Positions 38,335 through 50,480 of a stretch of 64,000 nt of DNA are shown here, piece after piece (position 1 is the stretch's first letter; each line of letters starts with the position of its first letter). A model generated the notes under the pieces. That model had not been told where the DNA came from, searched no databases, and saw only the letters and a list, made by a program, of their open reading frames with translations. The stretch covers positions 47,618,001-47,682,000 of the forward strand of contig CM059432.1 of assembly GCA_030390025.1 (NCBI GenBank). The letters run 5' to 3'. The translations under genes and the position numbers were made by a program. Source of the stretch: Squalus acanthias (Eukaryota).

Positions 38335-39245
38335 TAGCCCATCTCACATGCATTACCTCACACTTCTCCGGATTGAATTCCATTCGTCACTTTTCTGCCC
38401 TCCTGCCTAGTCCATTGATATCTTCCGGCAGCTTTCTTCCTCACTATCAACCACACGGCCAATTTTTGTATCATCTGCAAACTTCTGAATCATGCCCCCT
38501 ACATTGAAGTCTAAATCATTGATATATACCACAAAAAGCAAGGGACCTAGTACAGGAAACTCTTTATTAACCGGCACCGACGGGACCGGCGTGGTGCCGG
38601 TTAATCAAAAAGTCCGATAATGGAGAGTTATATCTCCCAACGTACGAGAGCCCCGTACACATTGACATGCGCCTGCATTCGGAGCTCCGTCTCCCCGGGA
38701 ACCGCCAGCTGACCATCTGTCGTGTCCGCTGCCTACCCGGGCTGCACATTCCCCTCCCAATCTACACGCTCCGATACAAGGCAAACGCCTCGGGGGATTT
38801 TTTTTTTAAAGGTAATTTTAAACGAGAGATGAAGGAAAACCCCGGTTACCTACTCAAGAATTTTGCCGGTTAAGAGAGATTTCCGGATATTTGGGTGCCG
38901 GTTAATAAAGAGTTTTCTGTACTAAGAACTGCGGAACCCTACTGGAAACAACCTTCCAGTCACAAAAGCACCTGTTAACCATAATCCTTTTCTTCCTGCC
39001 ACTGAGCCAATTTTGGATCCAACTTGCCACTTTCCCTCGGATCCCATGGGCTTTTACTTTTCTGACCAGTCTGCCATGTGGGACCTTGTCAAAAGCTTTG
39101 CTAAAATCCACGTAAACTACATCAAACACGCTACCCTCATCGACCCTTCTCGTTACCTCCTCAAAAAATTCAATCAAGTTAGTCAGACATGACCTTCCCT
39201 TAACAAATCCATGCTGACTGTCCTTGATTAATCAGTGCCTTTCAC
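38335..39245 (-). mobile_element. CR1 RT fragment interrupted by a MITE
   Basis: IEFFEEVT..DFSKAFDKVPHGRL..VSSRVPQ, continuing on the other side of the MITE. Confidence 0.8.
38553..38919. mobile_element. Tc1/mariner-type MITE, copy 2 (inverted relative to copy 1)
   Basis: Same TIRs and TA duplication; near-identical reverse complement of 30660-31022. Confidence 0.85.
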
Positions 39246-40299
39246 ATGCAAGACACCAAAAAAATTAATTGATCCAGATCCTTCTGAGGACTATCAATCT
39301 CCTTTACACTCGTCTTCTTGGCCTCAACTACTCCCACAAGAAATACTATTATCATGTATGAACAGTGTAAATAACAGAGGCCCAGAAAAAAACCCTGCAG
39401 ATCTCCACTAGTCATTGTTGCTTTCTCACTCCACGACAGAGCTTTTCTACCACTACAATCTTCTGCTTTCTACGGCCAAGCCAATCTCAGTCAAGATATC
39501 AAATTCACCATTAACTGCACAAATTTAAAACCTTCTTTAAAAGTCTCACAGGAGGAACTTTATCAAATGTTTAGTTCATTAACACTTTTAAAAAGGAGCT
39601 AGAAGAACACCTGATTGAGAAAGGGATTGAGGGAATAAAGTGTATTCATAAATGATCAAATATTCTTTGCAACACTGTGGCTCCAGTCCTGTTGGGGCAA
39701 TGAGTATGTTGTCATCTGTGAAATAATTGGACCAAGTCACATGGACTGTAATATTTAATATGCCAACGTTCATTTCTCCACTAATAGAGTTGTGGACAGA
39801 TTTCCCAGAGATTAGAAGTTTTACCTGCAATCGTTCAAATCCCTCACAAGATTAAACATGATTTGGAAAGACTCATGTCAGTACATAATGTCGGAGAAAG
39901 CAGGTTCAACAAGCTGACAGGCATTTTCTACTGTCAACAGGATAAGCCACCAGCTATTGCAATGTACATAACTTGTGTAACTCTTGTACTCAAAAGAAAG
40001 CCAGTAATACGTTCTGTGCATGTATATATGTAAAAGTAGTTCTTGGTGTTCAATTTGGCAATTATGAGGATCTTGCAATATAGTCAGAAACAGCAACTAA
40101 GGGCATCTGCGTGATTCTTAGGGTGGTATTTTATTAAATCAAACTGTTATTGGGAATACATACAGAAATATATGTGCAATTCTATTTCAAAATTGAACCT
40201 TTTATCCAAGCAGAGGATTTATTATAGCCATTATACTTCATGATCCAAATAATTTTTATTTATTATTTTCTTCCCAAAATAAGGTGACCATAAAAAATG

Positions 40300-41478
40300 T
40301 TAACCCGAAAAGTAGGTGGGAAATTGATGTGTTAAAAATCTGATTCCCGACCAGAACCCACCCACTTTCGGTTTTAATGGAAGCGGGACGGGGGCGGGCA
40401 GCCAGCCGGCTCCCAGGAGGTCAGTCGTCCATTTTAAATATTATAATCAGGCTGGTATGCCTCAGATTTAACCACCATTTTATATTTAACAGTGGCTGTT
40501 TAGGTTTTTCAGGCCTCGTGAAACCCGCCAGCTAACAGAAGGCGAGACTGCTGGATCCAGGAGGTAAGTGCCTTTACACTTACCTCCTGGATCCAGCATT
40601 CTGCCTAACCCACCCACGGCAATCAGAGACCCCACCGCCTCCCACAAAGTTTCTGACACCACCCCCCGCCACACCGGCCTGGCCTTCGATTCCCTCCACA
40701 TTGCTCACCCACCACCCCCATGTGGCCCCACAATATCTCCTGCCTCCCCATGATCCTCCGCCACCCCGCGATGTCGTATGCCTCCCCAGTCATTCCCCGT
40801 GCTCCTCCGATCATTCTCCGCGTATCCCCCCCGCGCTCCTCCGATCATTCTCCGGGCCCCCCCCCACCCCAACCCAACTCTGGAGCTCCTCCGGCCCTCA
40901 GATCACTCTTCGGGCCCCCCCCCCCCGCCATGCTCCTCCGGCCCTCCGATCATTCTCCAGAACCCCCCTTCCCCGTGCTCCTCCAGCCTTCCAATTATTC
41001 TCCGGAACCGCCCCCTCCCCCCGTACTCCTCTGGCCCTCCGATCATTCTCCGGACTCCCCCCCACCCCCGCCCCACCCTCAGTGCTCCTCCGATCATTCT
41101 CTGTACACCCTCCCCAGTGCTCCTCCAGCCCTCTGATCATTCTTCGGGCCCCCCTCCCTCCCCATGCTCCTCCAGCCCTCTGATCATTCTCCAGACCACT
41201 TTCCACCTCCCGATCAGCCCCCGGCCCTCCGATCATTCTCTGGACCCCACCCCACCCTGCTACTCCGATCATTCTCCAGACAACAGCAATCCCCACCCCC
41301 CTGATCGGCCCCCACACAATCCCTCCCTCCCTCCTCTCGGTGGCCCAGTGCCACAGGCCTAGCCGCCCGCAGCCAGCAAGCCTCTAATGCAAATTAGGCC
41401 CTGCCCTTAAGTTTCCCGACCGCTTCCAAGCCTACCCCCCCCCAACTCTCAACCCACCAAAGTATTAAAATTCAGGCC
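40300..41478. mobile_element. C-rich non-autonomous element (probable Harbinger-type MITE), copy A
   Basis: Shares long blocks with 42495-43524, including a 22-bp hairpin and a ttaaaatt..gcc terminus; left end uncertain. Confidence 0.55.
40790..41310. repeat. C-rich minisatellite (~11 units of gctcctccggccctccgatcattctccggacccc-like, ~35-55 bp)
   Basis: Recurring ccgatcattctc core. Confidence 0.85.
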
Positions 41479-43214
41479 TTAATGTATGGAAGAAGAAAAA
41501 ATAGCCTCAAATGCTGAAATATTTCTATACTGACTGAAAAATAAATCTATTGATTCAGATAATTTATTGGACACCATTTGCATGTACAGTTTTAAACACA
41601 TGCCAAAGGGGGATACATAATGGTTAGCCAGATAGCCCTCTCAGGCAAGTGGAACAGAGGGACAATCACCCTGGCCTTCTTGTGCACTACTTGGCGGTCA
41701 GTTACAACAGCTGAAGCCTGGGACTACCTCGCCGCCCTGCCATCTCAGATGATAGATCTTGCAATAAATTCAATATATAGAACGGACTCCCAGACAGAGT
41801 AGTGGAGACAAAATCCTGGATTCAGAAGTGGACTTGAGGGTCTTTTTGCATGGATGAACTAAGATGGGCCAAATGGCCGCCTTCATCTGTAATTACCTTG
41901 TGCCATGGTGTAGGGTGACCAGAAGAATGGTAACTGGGAGCATATCTTGCCAAAAAAACACGAATCAAATGCTACTGTAATTCAGTAATATCCTTACAAA
42001 CATTTTACAAATTCATTTTGTCCTTTGTACGTCACAAAAAACCTCTGAGCATCATGATACTCTATATTCTAAAGCGGTTGAAGCTCATATTTCCTATGAT
42101 AATTCCATATCCATACACAAAGCACTTATTGTTCTGTCCTGCAACTTTCAGTTATTTCAGATGGTTAATAAGGCCAAGATCTGTTGATTGGTGAAGTCAG
42201 GGTAGAAATGTAAGGATCCTTTTATTCTGTCAATGAATTTAACCCGTAGTCAAGGGATAAGTGTTAGTCAGGTCATTATCTATCATGAAAACAAACTCTC
42301 TGCAAAGGAAGGTGTAGTACCATTAGATCGTCCAGTTTTGTGTTATTTCAATGTGGGTAACCGTGACTCCCTTATCAAGAAAAATCCTCCATCTTTTTAT
42401 TTTTGTTATATTTTATTATTGGCAGTTCACAAGGCCCTTACATTTACATTATCCTTGCCTAATGAATATTTGTGAAATTTCAGTTTCATTGCTCGTGGAG
42501 GCGGGTTGTCTATTTAAATATTATAATGAGGCTGGAAGCCTCTGCTTTAACCTCCATTTTGTCTTTAACTTTAGCTGGTCGGGTTTTGCACGCCTCGTGA
42601 ATCCCGCCAGCTAAAGCAAGGCGAGGACTGCTGGATCCAGGAGGTAAGAGCCTTTACTCTTACCTCCTGGATCCAGCATCTCTACCTAACCCCACTCCCA
42701 CCACCCAGCGATCAAAGACCCCCCGTTCCCCCTCTCCCCACCCCCCCCCCCCCCCCCCCCAAAACAAGGCCTCCGATCCCCACCTCTCTCTTCCGGCCCC
42801 CAAAACCCGGGATGCCCCACCCCCTTCCGCTTCTCTGGCCCCCCCGGTCGATGTTCAGGACCCCACCCCCCGCGCTCCTATGTCCGCTCCTCTGGCCCGC
42901 AATTGATGTTCAGACACCGCCCGCTCCACCAGCCGCCCCTGATCTTTTCAGACTTCTCCCCCCGTGATTTCCCCCTCCTCTCTGCAGCCTAGTGCCGCAG
43001 GCCTACCTGCCCGGAGCCAGCCAGCCTCTCAATCAGGCTGGTTAGAGGCTTCCCTTTCAAATCAGGCCCTGCCGTTAAATTCGACAGGGCCTGCAGGAAA
43101 CCTGTTCTCCCGGGTTTCCCAACCGCCTCGGAGCACGTCCCCCACCCCAATCTTCCCCATTAAAATTTAGAAGTCGCACAACACCAGGTTATAGTCCAAC
43201 AGTTTTATTTGAAA

Positions 43215-43252
43215 TCACAAGCTTTCGGAGCTGCTGCTCCTTCGTCAGGTGA
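43215..43252 (-). ncRNA. minimal hammerhead ribozyme motif (left arm)
   Basis: Reverse complement of the motif at 43385-43422. Confidence 0.7.
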
Positions 43253-43384
43253 AGTGAAGGAATACGAATCGGCAAAGCATATATAGACAGAGAATTAAAG
43301 ATTAACTGTAGTCGTCTGACATTATACGCTGCACAGGCATTGTTCTCTGTCTATATATGCTTTGCCGATTCGTATTCCTTCACT

Positions 43385-43422
43385 TCACCTGACGAAGGAG
43401 CAGCAGCTCCGAAAGCTTGTGA
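43385..43422 (+). ncRNA. minimal hammerhead ribozyme motif (right arm)
   Basis: tcac-CTGACGA-a-ggagc agca gctcc-GAAA-gc-TT-gtga. Confidence 0.75.
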
Positions 43423-43889
43423 TTTCAAATAAAACTGTTGGACTATAACCTGGTGTTGTGCGACTTCTCACTTTTGTCCACCCCAGTCCAACACCGGCAT
43501 CTCCGCATCATTAAAATTTAGCCCAAGGTGTCCCTGAGAGACCTGGATGGAGGTCTTGAAGAAGTTGCATGATGAAAGAATGCAAAAGTAAGGCAGCATA
43601 GGACATATATGGACATGAAGAAAAAGCAGCAGTTATTAAGCGCATATACAGAAATGCTAGTGACAGAGAAATTAGTATAGATGCAAATAACATAGGACAA
43701 TAGCAAGATTATTCCATGATAGGAAAGAGACAGGACAGAATTTCCATCGGCCAAATTATCCTGTCTCAGTTCCCACTGCTCCCATTTTATAAGACAATAC
43801 TGACACAGCATGGAACATGAAAGAACTCATTATACGAGAATACAATTGTTTACTTATTCAACGTCTGCATCCTGTTCAACCGAGCTGAG

Positions 43890-44190
43890 CTTCCAACCCC
43901 ATTTCAACCTCCACCACAAAGACTGTCTACTTCCACCTCTATAACACTGCCTGCCTCAGCCCACCTTCTACTGAAATCTTCATTCATGCATCTGTTACCT
44001 CCATACTCAATTACTCTCCAATGTTCTTCTGGCTAGCCTCCTATCCTGCATAAACTTCAGCTCATTCAAAATTCTGTTACCAATAATCTACCCCAAGCCA
44101 TGTCCTGCTCACCCATCACCTCTGCTGTCAAATTTAAATTTTGCATCCTTGTGTTTAAATCCCTCCAAAGCCTCACCACTCCATATCTTT
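43890..44190 (+). mobile_element. old L2 fragment
   Basis: Diverged similarity to the L2 at 10960-11850 (..ILVFKSL..). Confidence 0.6.
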
Positions 44191-45511
44191 TGGAGGAGAG
44201 GAACTGCAAGTGTTTGCCAGAGGGGGAGCAATGGCAAAATTACCTCAGTGGGAGCACGTTGGAAAAGAATCTTAGCAGGGTCGGGGAGGAGAAAGGGAGA
44301 GGTTGCAAAAGTACCTTATTCGGCGGTGGGGCGGGGTGGAAAAGTAGTTCAATGGGAAGCGGGAGGGGAAATCTTATTTTGCAACAAATGAGGAAGCCCC
44401 AATGTTTCTACGATTGCAGAGTATCAGATGTTTTCAAAAACTACACAGATCCTGATTTTACTACTTTTAATAAGCCCCAACTGTAATGAAAAAAAAAGTC
44501 TCAACAATTTTTCAGAAATTGAAGAGGTTCTGAGATTTCAAATTTAAACAGCACCCGAATCCCAATTGTAGCTGCAGGCCACATGGGGGAGATTCCAAAC
44601 ATAAGCAAGGCACTACATTCAATGGGACTGCAGGGGGTGGGAAGAAAGTCACAAACAGTTTTATGTCACTCACATGCACCACCCTTAATGTCCAACTGCT
44701 GATGTGCTCTGGTGGGTATAGAATGAAGCTGATGGTGCCCCAGAACAATGCTGGACAAGAAAAAACAAACTGCATACATTTTAATCACCCAATACCAAAT
44801 GTTACTGCTATAACTGCAGCAAAATTTCCACAATTACAGTGAAGAAATTACAATGATACTTTTCATTCTATTGTTGTAACCATAGAATGAAAGGTATCAT
44901 TGGGATGTAATTTTGCATTATAGAGTTATGGCAATCTCATTCCAGTGGTTACTTTATACTCAACTGTTAATGAAATTCTAAGACTAGGCCAAGAATCCAA
45001 AGCTAATCCATTAATTTGTTGTACACTTCAGAGATTTTTCACATCTCTGGCGCAGGCATTTTTGAGTGGCAGGTTTGTGTTTATATAGTATTTAACATCA
45101 ATTACTATGTAACTCAATGGATTAGATATTTAATCCACTGAGTCTATTTATAGATGTGTCAAGACACTACAAAAATAGAAATTGCACAAAGAAAGGAAAT
45201 GCAATGCGCCTGGATTATGCCCGTGTGGAGCATAAATACCGGCATAGATCGGTTTCGTGAATGGCCTGTTTCTGTGCTGTAAATTCTATGTAACTCTGCA
45301 GGCAGACAAGGCTGGAAAAGGAATCCACTCCCAACACCACCAGGATGGTTAAAAACTTTACATCAAATAATACATTTATAATTTAAAAAGTTACACATAC
45401 TAGTCATTAATTCATATTAAACATACACAACTTACAATAATTGGAAACTTGATTCTTGAAGCACATAAAATCATCTACCATTGTATGTGCTCATAAGGTG
45501 CAGTAGCTTAC

Positions 45512-45617
45512 CGAGTTTTGAGAGTTATATGGTGCGTGCAAAGATCTTGAATTGCAGAAATCTTTCAGTTCCACACCAATCCCAAAAGAGGACTGTTGCA
45601 CCCATAAAGTATAAAGA
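45512..45617 (-). other. candidate exon (106 nt)
   Basis: Minus strand catatttctAG|TCTTTA...AACTCG|gtaagc; open frame LYTLWVQQSSFGIGVELKDFCNSRSLHAPYNSQNS. Confidence 0.35.
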
Positions 45618-45944
45618 CTAGAAATATGATAAGCACTTTCATTTCTCTGTTCTTCCTAGAAAGAGGACCTACATACATACAATAATGCTAGCTATTTGAT
45701 TCAGCCTGCCACTTGGATTTCCTTCATGCTATGGGAATCTGATATGTCACTTTCAGGATTTGCCAACAAAGCCATGGACGTTTCCAAGGCTACATGAGCA
45801 CAAAACGGTGGAAAGAGGGGCGCAGGCTTTAATAAACTACACTCCAAAGCAGTTGTAGCTGAAAGAAAAAACAAGTTCAATCTAGTCTAAGCTATTAAAA
45901 GATAATGTTTGCTAAATTGAATCCAAGGTAAGACCACTGGATTT

Positions 45945-46270
45945 AGGAAGGAAGGAAGGAGCTTGCATTTAGATACTGCCTTTCACGTCGTCAGGCTGTC
46001 CCAAGGTTGAAGCGTACTCACTGTTGCTTTGTAAGTAACCACGGCAGCCAATTTGCACATAAACTGCAAATGAAATAAATGGCAAGTTAAATCTTTTTTG
46101 ATGGTATTGGTTGAGGGATGAATGTTGACCACAACATGAGCACTTCCTGCTCTTCTTCAAACATTGCCATGGACTTTTCTACATCCATTTGAACAGGGCC
46201 TCGGTTTAAAGTCTGATCTGAAAGACAGCAACTCCGACAACGTCGCACTCCCTCAGTACTGCACTGATGT
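45945..46270 (-). mobile_element. old Deu-domain SINE copy
   Basis: Diverged reverse complement of 6748-7160. Confidence 0.65.
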
Positions 46271-46786
46271 GCCAATCCATTTTGGACAGGATTTTTTGCT
46301 TCTATTCTCACCAGCCCTCGATTTTCCTCCCATTCCTTTTATTCAGCTGAAAATTGCAGGCTGACAAGTGCAGAAGCAGAACCCACCCTGCCATTATATG
46401 TACAAATTAAATGCACTATATTAAAGCATATTAAATGTACAAAAATGTTAAACAAATAAGTACCAATAAATAGTCCTGTAAAATAATGAGTACCATAACC
46501 CACTGAGGATTGTTACATACAGTATTACTTAAACTGCCAATCACCAAGAACAACGCAAAAATATTTTTTTCTGTGTAGATACCAAACAGCCAGAAACAAG
46601 CTGGTTGACACCATTTTCTCACCAGACTTGACCATGCTATTTATCATGTCCCAGCTGATTCGAGAAATGGTGGTGCTCTACCTGAGGTAGTCACTACCTA
46701 CCCTGCTCAAACAAGCTTCATGAGCACATTACTCAGTTAGCATGACCTCTACCTACCTCAAGATGAACTGAAAAATCTCTTTTTAC

Positions 46787-46888
46787 CCACAATACTGAAT
46801 GCTGAATATTCCCATGAAATAGCATACAGAACTGCATTTAACCAGTGTTTTATCAACAACCAGAAAGTCCAAGAGCAAAATATCCTCC
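46787..46888 (-). other. candidate exon (102 nt)
   Basis: tcttgcaacAG|GGAGGA...TGTGG|gtaaaa; one frame joins in phase to 45512-45617. Confidence 0.2.
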
Positions 46889-48098
46889 CTGTTGCAAGAT
46901 ACTTGAAGGTTTGTTATACAACCTAAATCACAAATCAGAGGTAAAACTGGAATTCTTTTTTCACCCAATTCTTAGACCGTCTTCTCAAAAGGAAACAATC
47001 CTGGGGCAGGTCCACAGGATGTGAAGCAAATCAGCATTCTCAATCTCACATCTCCAATAGTGAAAATGCCATAAACTCACTGGGGTAAAATATACCCTAT
47101 GCGATATTTAAGTTGTATTAGTCCACTCAAACGCCCAGTCTACAATTCACTGTTGTCACCAGGATTACAGTGTAATTGTAGGACTATGATAGTTCTAACA
47201 GCCATAGTATGACACGATAAAAACCAATACAATTACAGATTATGTCCTTCCAAACCTAGCTTGTATCTGACAAAAGCATTTGAATTTATACAACACAAGG
47301 TTAAAGTACTTGCAGTTACAAGTCTGTCACTGGTAGTGATGAGAGGGCTTTGAGGTCATCAATTAAGATCAAAAAATACACTGCACAACATTAGAGCATG
47401 TTGTTAGGGTGTGAATTTTCTGTAAGATATTGCTACTAATACAGTATATAAACTAGTGACAATGCAGTAAACATTATGTGAAACGCTCTTTTAAATTGCA
47501 GGGCAAAGTACATCGCCTGAAGCCATTTAATTCATATAATCAGAACTACAGGGTTCAGTCTGGACAGTAACACTATAAATGTTTGTGCAACAAAATGAAG
47601 GTCACATGTCTCACTATGTAAAAGAAATTCCAATTCCGTTTCCATTGGCAAACTCCCTGGTCCCAGACTTGGCCTGTTAAGCGTATGTAATTTGCATATA
47701 GGGGAAAAACTTTGCACAGTTTATTCATTAAACCTATAGCCTGTCTCACTGAAATGAATAGAAACATGAATTTGACAGATGGGGACGCCAATTTTCCTGC
47801 AGTGTTTATTCCTAAATTCTTTAGTTACAAGCTTCTATGAAGCATCCAACAACTATTTCTCAAGTGGATCATGAACAGTTCTTAAATCAGAATTTGCTTT
47901 CATTATTTGCAACACCTCCATCACTCACCTACCAACAATCTCTACCAAACATGACTCATACCTCATATTCATAGCTTCATCTCACCCTCACCACGACATC
48001 TCTCAGCCTGCACACACTGCCAGTTATTCAACCATGACAGGCACATCACCCAAACACATTACACCACACTCACTGACACACTTCCCTTTCCCTTGCAG

Positions 48099-48612
48099 GT
48101 AAAGGTGGCACATAACAGGCACCAGCAGACCTTAACCAACGGGGGACTGGTTCACCTGCAGCACCTCACTCCCTTGGAGGAGACGGGACTGGCCATTCTT
48201 AACAGGAGCATGGCTGAGCCTGTGGCCAGCGGTGGGGTTGAAAGAATAGAAGATGCCGCTTTTCCTCATGTTATCCTCCTTCTCACATCCCACTTCCCCC
48301 CATCCCACAATCTCTTCTGATTTACAATCTGCACATGGTGTAAGCATGCACCTCTTGCTTCACCCCACTTTCCCTCACCACAACGTTACCCTTTTGCCTT
48401 TCTCATTTCAGACACATAAGAAATCCAGCCTACCCAGCCAGTGAGTCAACATGAAGAGGGAGAGGAGCGTGAAGAAGAAACACCGTCCCTCGATTTCACA
48501 CTCCCAGCCACCAGCTCAGATACTGGCACGCCGCAAACTTTAGAGGATAGGTTGGACGTAGGATCTGCACTGGGCGGGACACTCGTCACGAGTGGCCTGT
48601 AGCCAGGGAAGG

Positions 48613-48650
<38 letters not shown>

Positions 48651-50480
48651 AGCTCAGGTGCCAGCTCACCAGAGGGAGAGGTCCCACACGAGTTCTGCTG
48701 CACAGCACTCAGATGAAGACTTCGCTGGGGGGGTATACAGAAGAATACTGATGGGTATGCACAATGAAATGAGTGCATTGGCAGGCTTACCAGAGAGCCT
48801 GAATGCAATGTCAAGGAGCATGGAGGAGTCCAGCTCCAGCCTTGCACAGGGCTTTGGGCAGAGCTTGGAGCCCATTCTTTCCAGCGAGGCGGGGTGGGCA
48901 GATCCATTAACGCACTTGTAGACCCAACCATCATGCCGCTTCTGATGGCCGAGGTCTCAGCTTCCACTGCAGCACAAGCAGAAGCCACCCAATGTCCGAG
49001 TGTTGCAATGGAAGCTCAGACTGAAGTCATGCAAGTTCAGCTTGCTGCCACGCAAGCACAGACTGCTGCCATCATGGCTGGGTTTACCACTGTTGAAAGG
49101 GGCTTGCAGGGTGTCACAGCAGTTCATAAGAACATATAAGAACATAAGAAGTAGGAGCAGGAGTAGGCCATACGACCCTTCGGGCCTGCTCCGCCATTCA
49201 ATAGGATCATGGCTGATCCGAACCTAGACTCACGTCCACTTCCCTGCCCGCTCTCCATAACCCTTAATTCCCTTATCAGCTAGGAAACTGTCCATCTCCG
49301 TTTTAAATTTATTTAATGTCGCAGCTTCCACAGCTCTCTCAGGTAGCAAATTCCATAGATTTACTACCCTCTGAGTGAAGAACTTTCTCCTCATCTCAGT
49401 TTTGAAACGGCAGCCCCTTATTCTAAGATTATGCCCCCTAGTTCTAGTCTCACCCATCAGTGGAAACATCCTCCCCGCATCCACCTTATCAAGCCCTCTC
49501 ACAATCTTATATGTTTCGATAAGATCGCCTCTCATTCTTCTGTATTCCAATGAGTAGAGGCCCAACCTACTCAACCTTTCCTCATAAGTCAACCCCCTCA
49601 TCTCCGGAATCAACCGAGTGAACCTTCTCTGAACTGCCTCTAGAGCAAGTATATCTTTTCTTAAATATGGAAACCAAAACTGTACGCAGTATTCCAGGTG
49701 TGGCCTCACCAGTACCCTATATAGCTGAAGCAAGCCTTCCCTGCTTTTATACTCCATCCCCCTTGCAATAAAAGCCAAGATTCCATTGGCCTTCCTGATC
49801 ACCTGCTGTACCTGCATACTAACCTTCTGTGTTTCATGCACCAAGACCCCCAGATCCCTTTGTACTGTAGCACTTTGCAGTTTCTTTCCATTTAGATAAT
49901 AACTTGCTCTTTGATTTTTTCTGCCAAAGTGCATAACCTCACACTTTCCAACATTATATTCCATCTGCCAAATTTCTGCCCACTCACTTAGCCTATGTCC
50001 TTTTGCAGGTTTTTTATGTCCTCCTCACTCACTGCTTTCCCTCCCATCTTTGTATCGTCTGCAAACTTGGATACGTTGCACTTGGTCCCCTCCTCCAAAT
50101 CGTTACTATAGATTGTAAAGAGTTGGAGTCCCAGCACTGACCCCTGCGGAACACCACTAGTCCAGCAGTCTGTACTCCAGCAGATTACTAGGATTGCTGA
50201 GGCGCTGCCCCGGGTGAGTGGCAATGGATCCGTGGAGGCCGATCCTGCTTTCCTTTCTCAGAATGACAGCATTCGTCCACCCACCACTGCCACTCCACCA
50301 GTGCCCTTGTTGTTGCCAGTCAGCCAGCCCAGACTGCTGCCACCTATGCCAAGGTGGTGCAGTCCAAAGCCGGGCCTACTAGGCCCTGAGCTCCTCGTGG
50401 TCGCCTGCAAGGCCATCTGCAGTCTTCCCCACTGAAAGTCAATAGCCTTCCACCAGCCATGTTGCAGCCACTGGGTAGCA
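48099..50480 (+). pseudogene. Harbinger Myb/SANT-like gene exons 2-3 (exon 1 lost), split by CR1
   Basis: ccttgcag|VKVAHNR..; tttcag| exon 3 with ETPSLDFTL and LMGMHNEM..LPESL matching copy 1. Confidence 0.7.
49125..50160 (-). mobile_element. young CR1 3' fragment in Harbinger copy 2
   Basis: [14 protein letters not shown] and an open 244-codon C-terminal frame; Harbinger sequence gtcacagcagt|ccagcag rejoins across it. Confidence 0.92.

Larger units (their letters stand above)
43169..43511. mobile_element. non-coding Penelope-derived element with perfect 126-bp inverted pLTR arms
   Basis: Arms 43169-43294 and 43343-43468 are exact reverse complements and match the pLTR end at 18570; ~40-nt tail on the right; duplication cattaaaatttag at 43158-43170 and 43509-43521. 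Confidence 0.85.
42495..43524. mobile_element. C-rich non-autonomous element, copy B, with a Penelope derivative inserted at its terminus
   Basis: Homologous to 40300-41478; ends ttaaaatttagccc. Confidence 0.55.

Noticed and set aside
39610..39940. Further minus-strand exon candidates near 39.6-39.9 kb
   Set aside because: Weak donors or stops in all frames; insufficient support.
40701..41362. Overlapping proline-rich ORFs / CRISPR-like repeat-spacer look
   Set aside because: Degenerate C-rich minisatellite; intervening parts are related low-complexity sequence rather than unique spacers, there are no cas genes, and the context is vertebrate.
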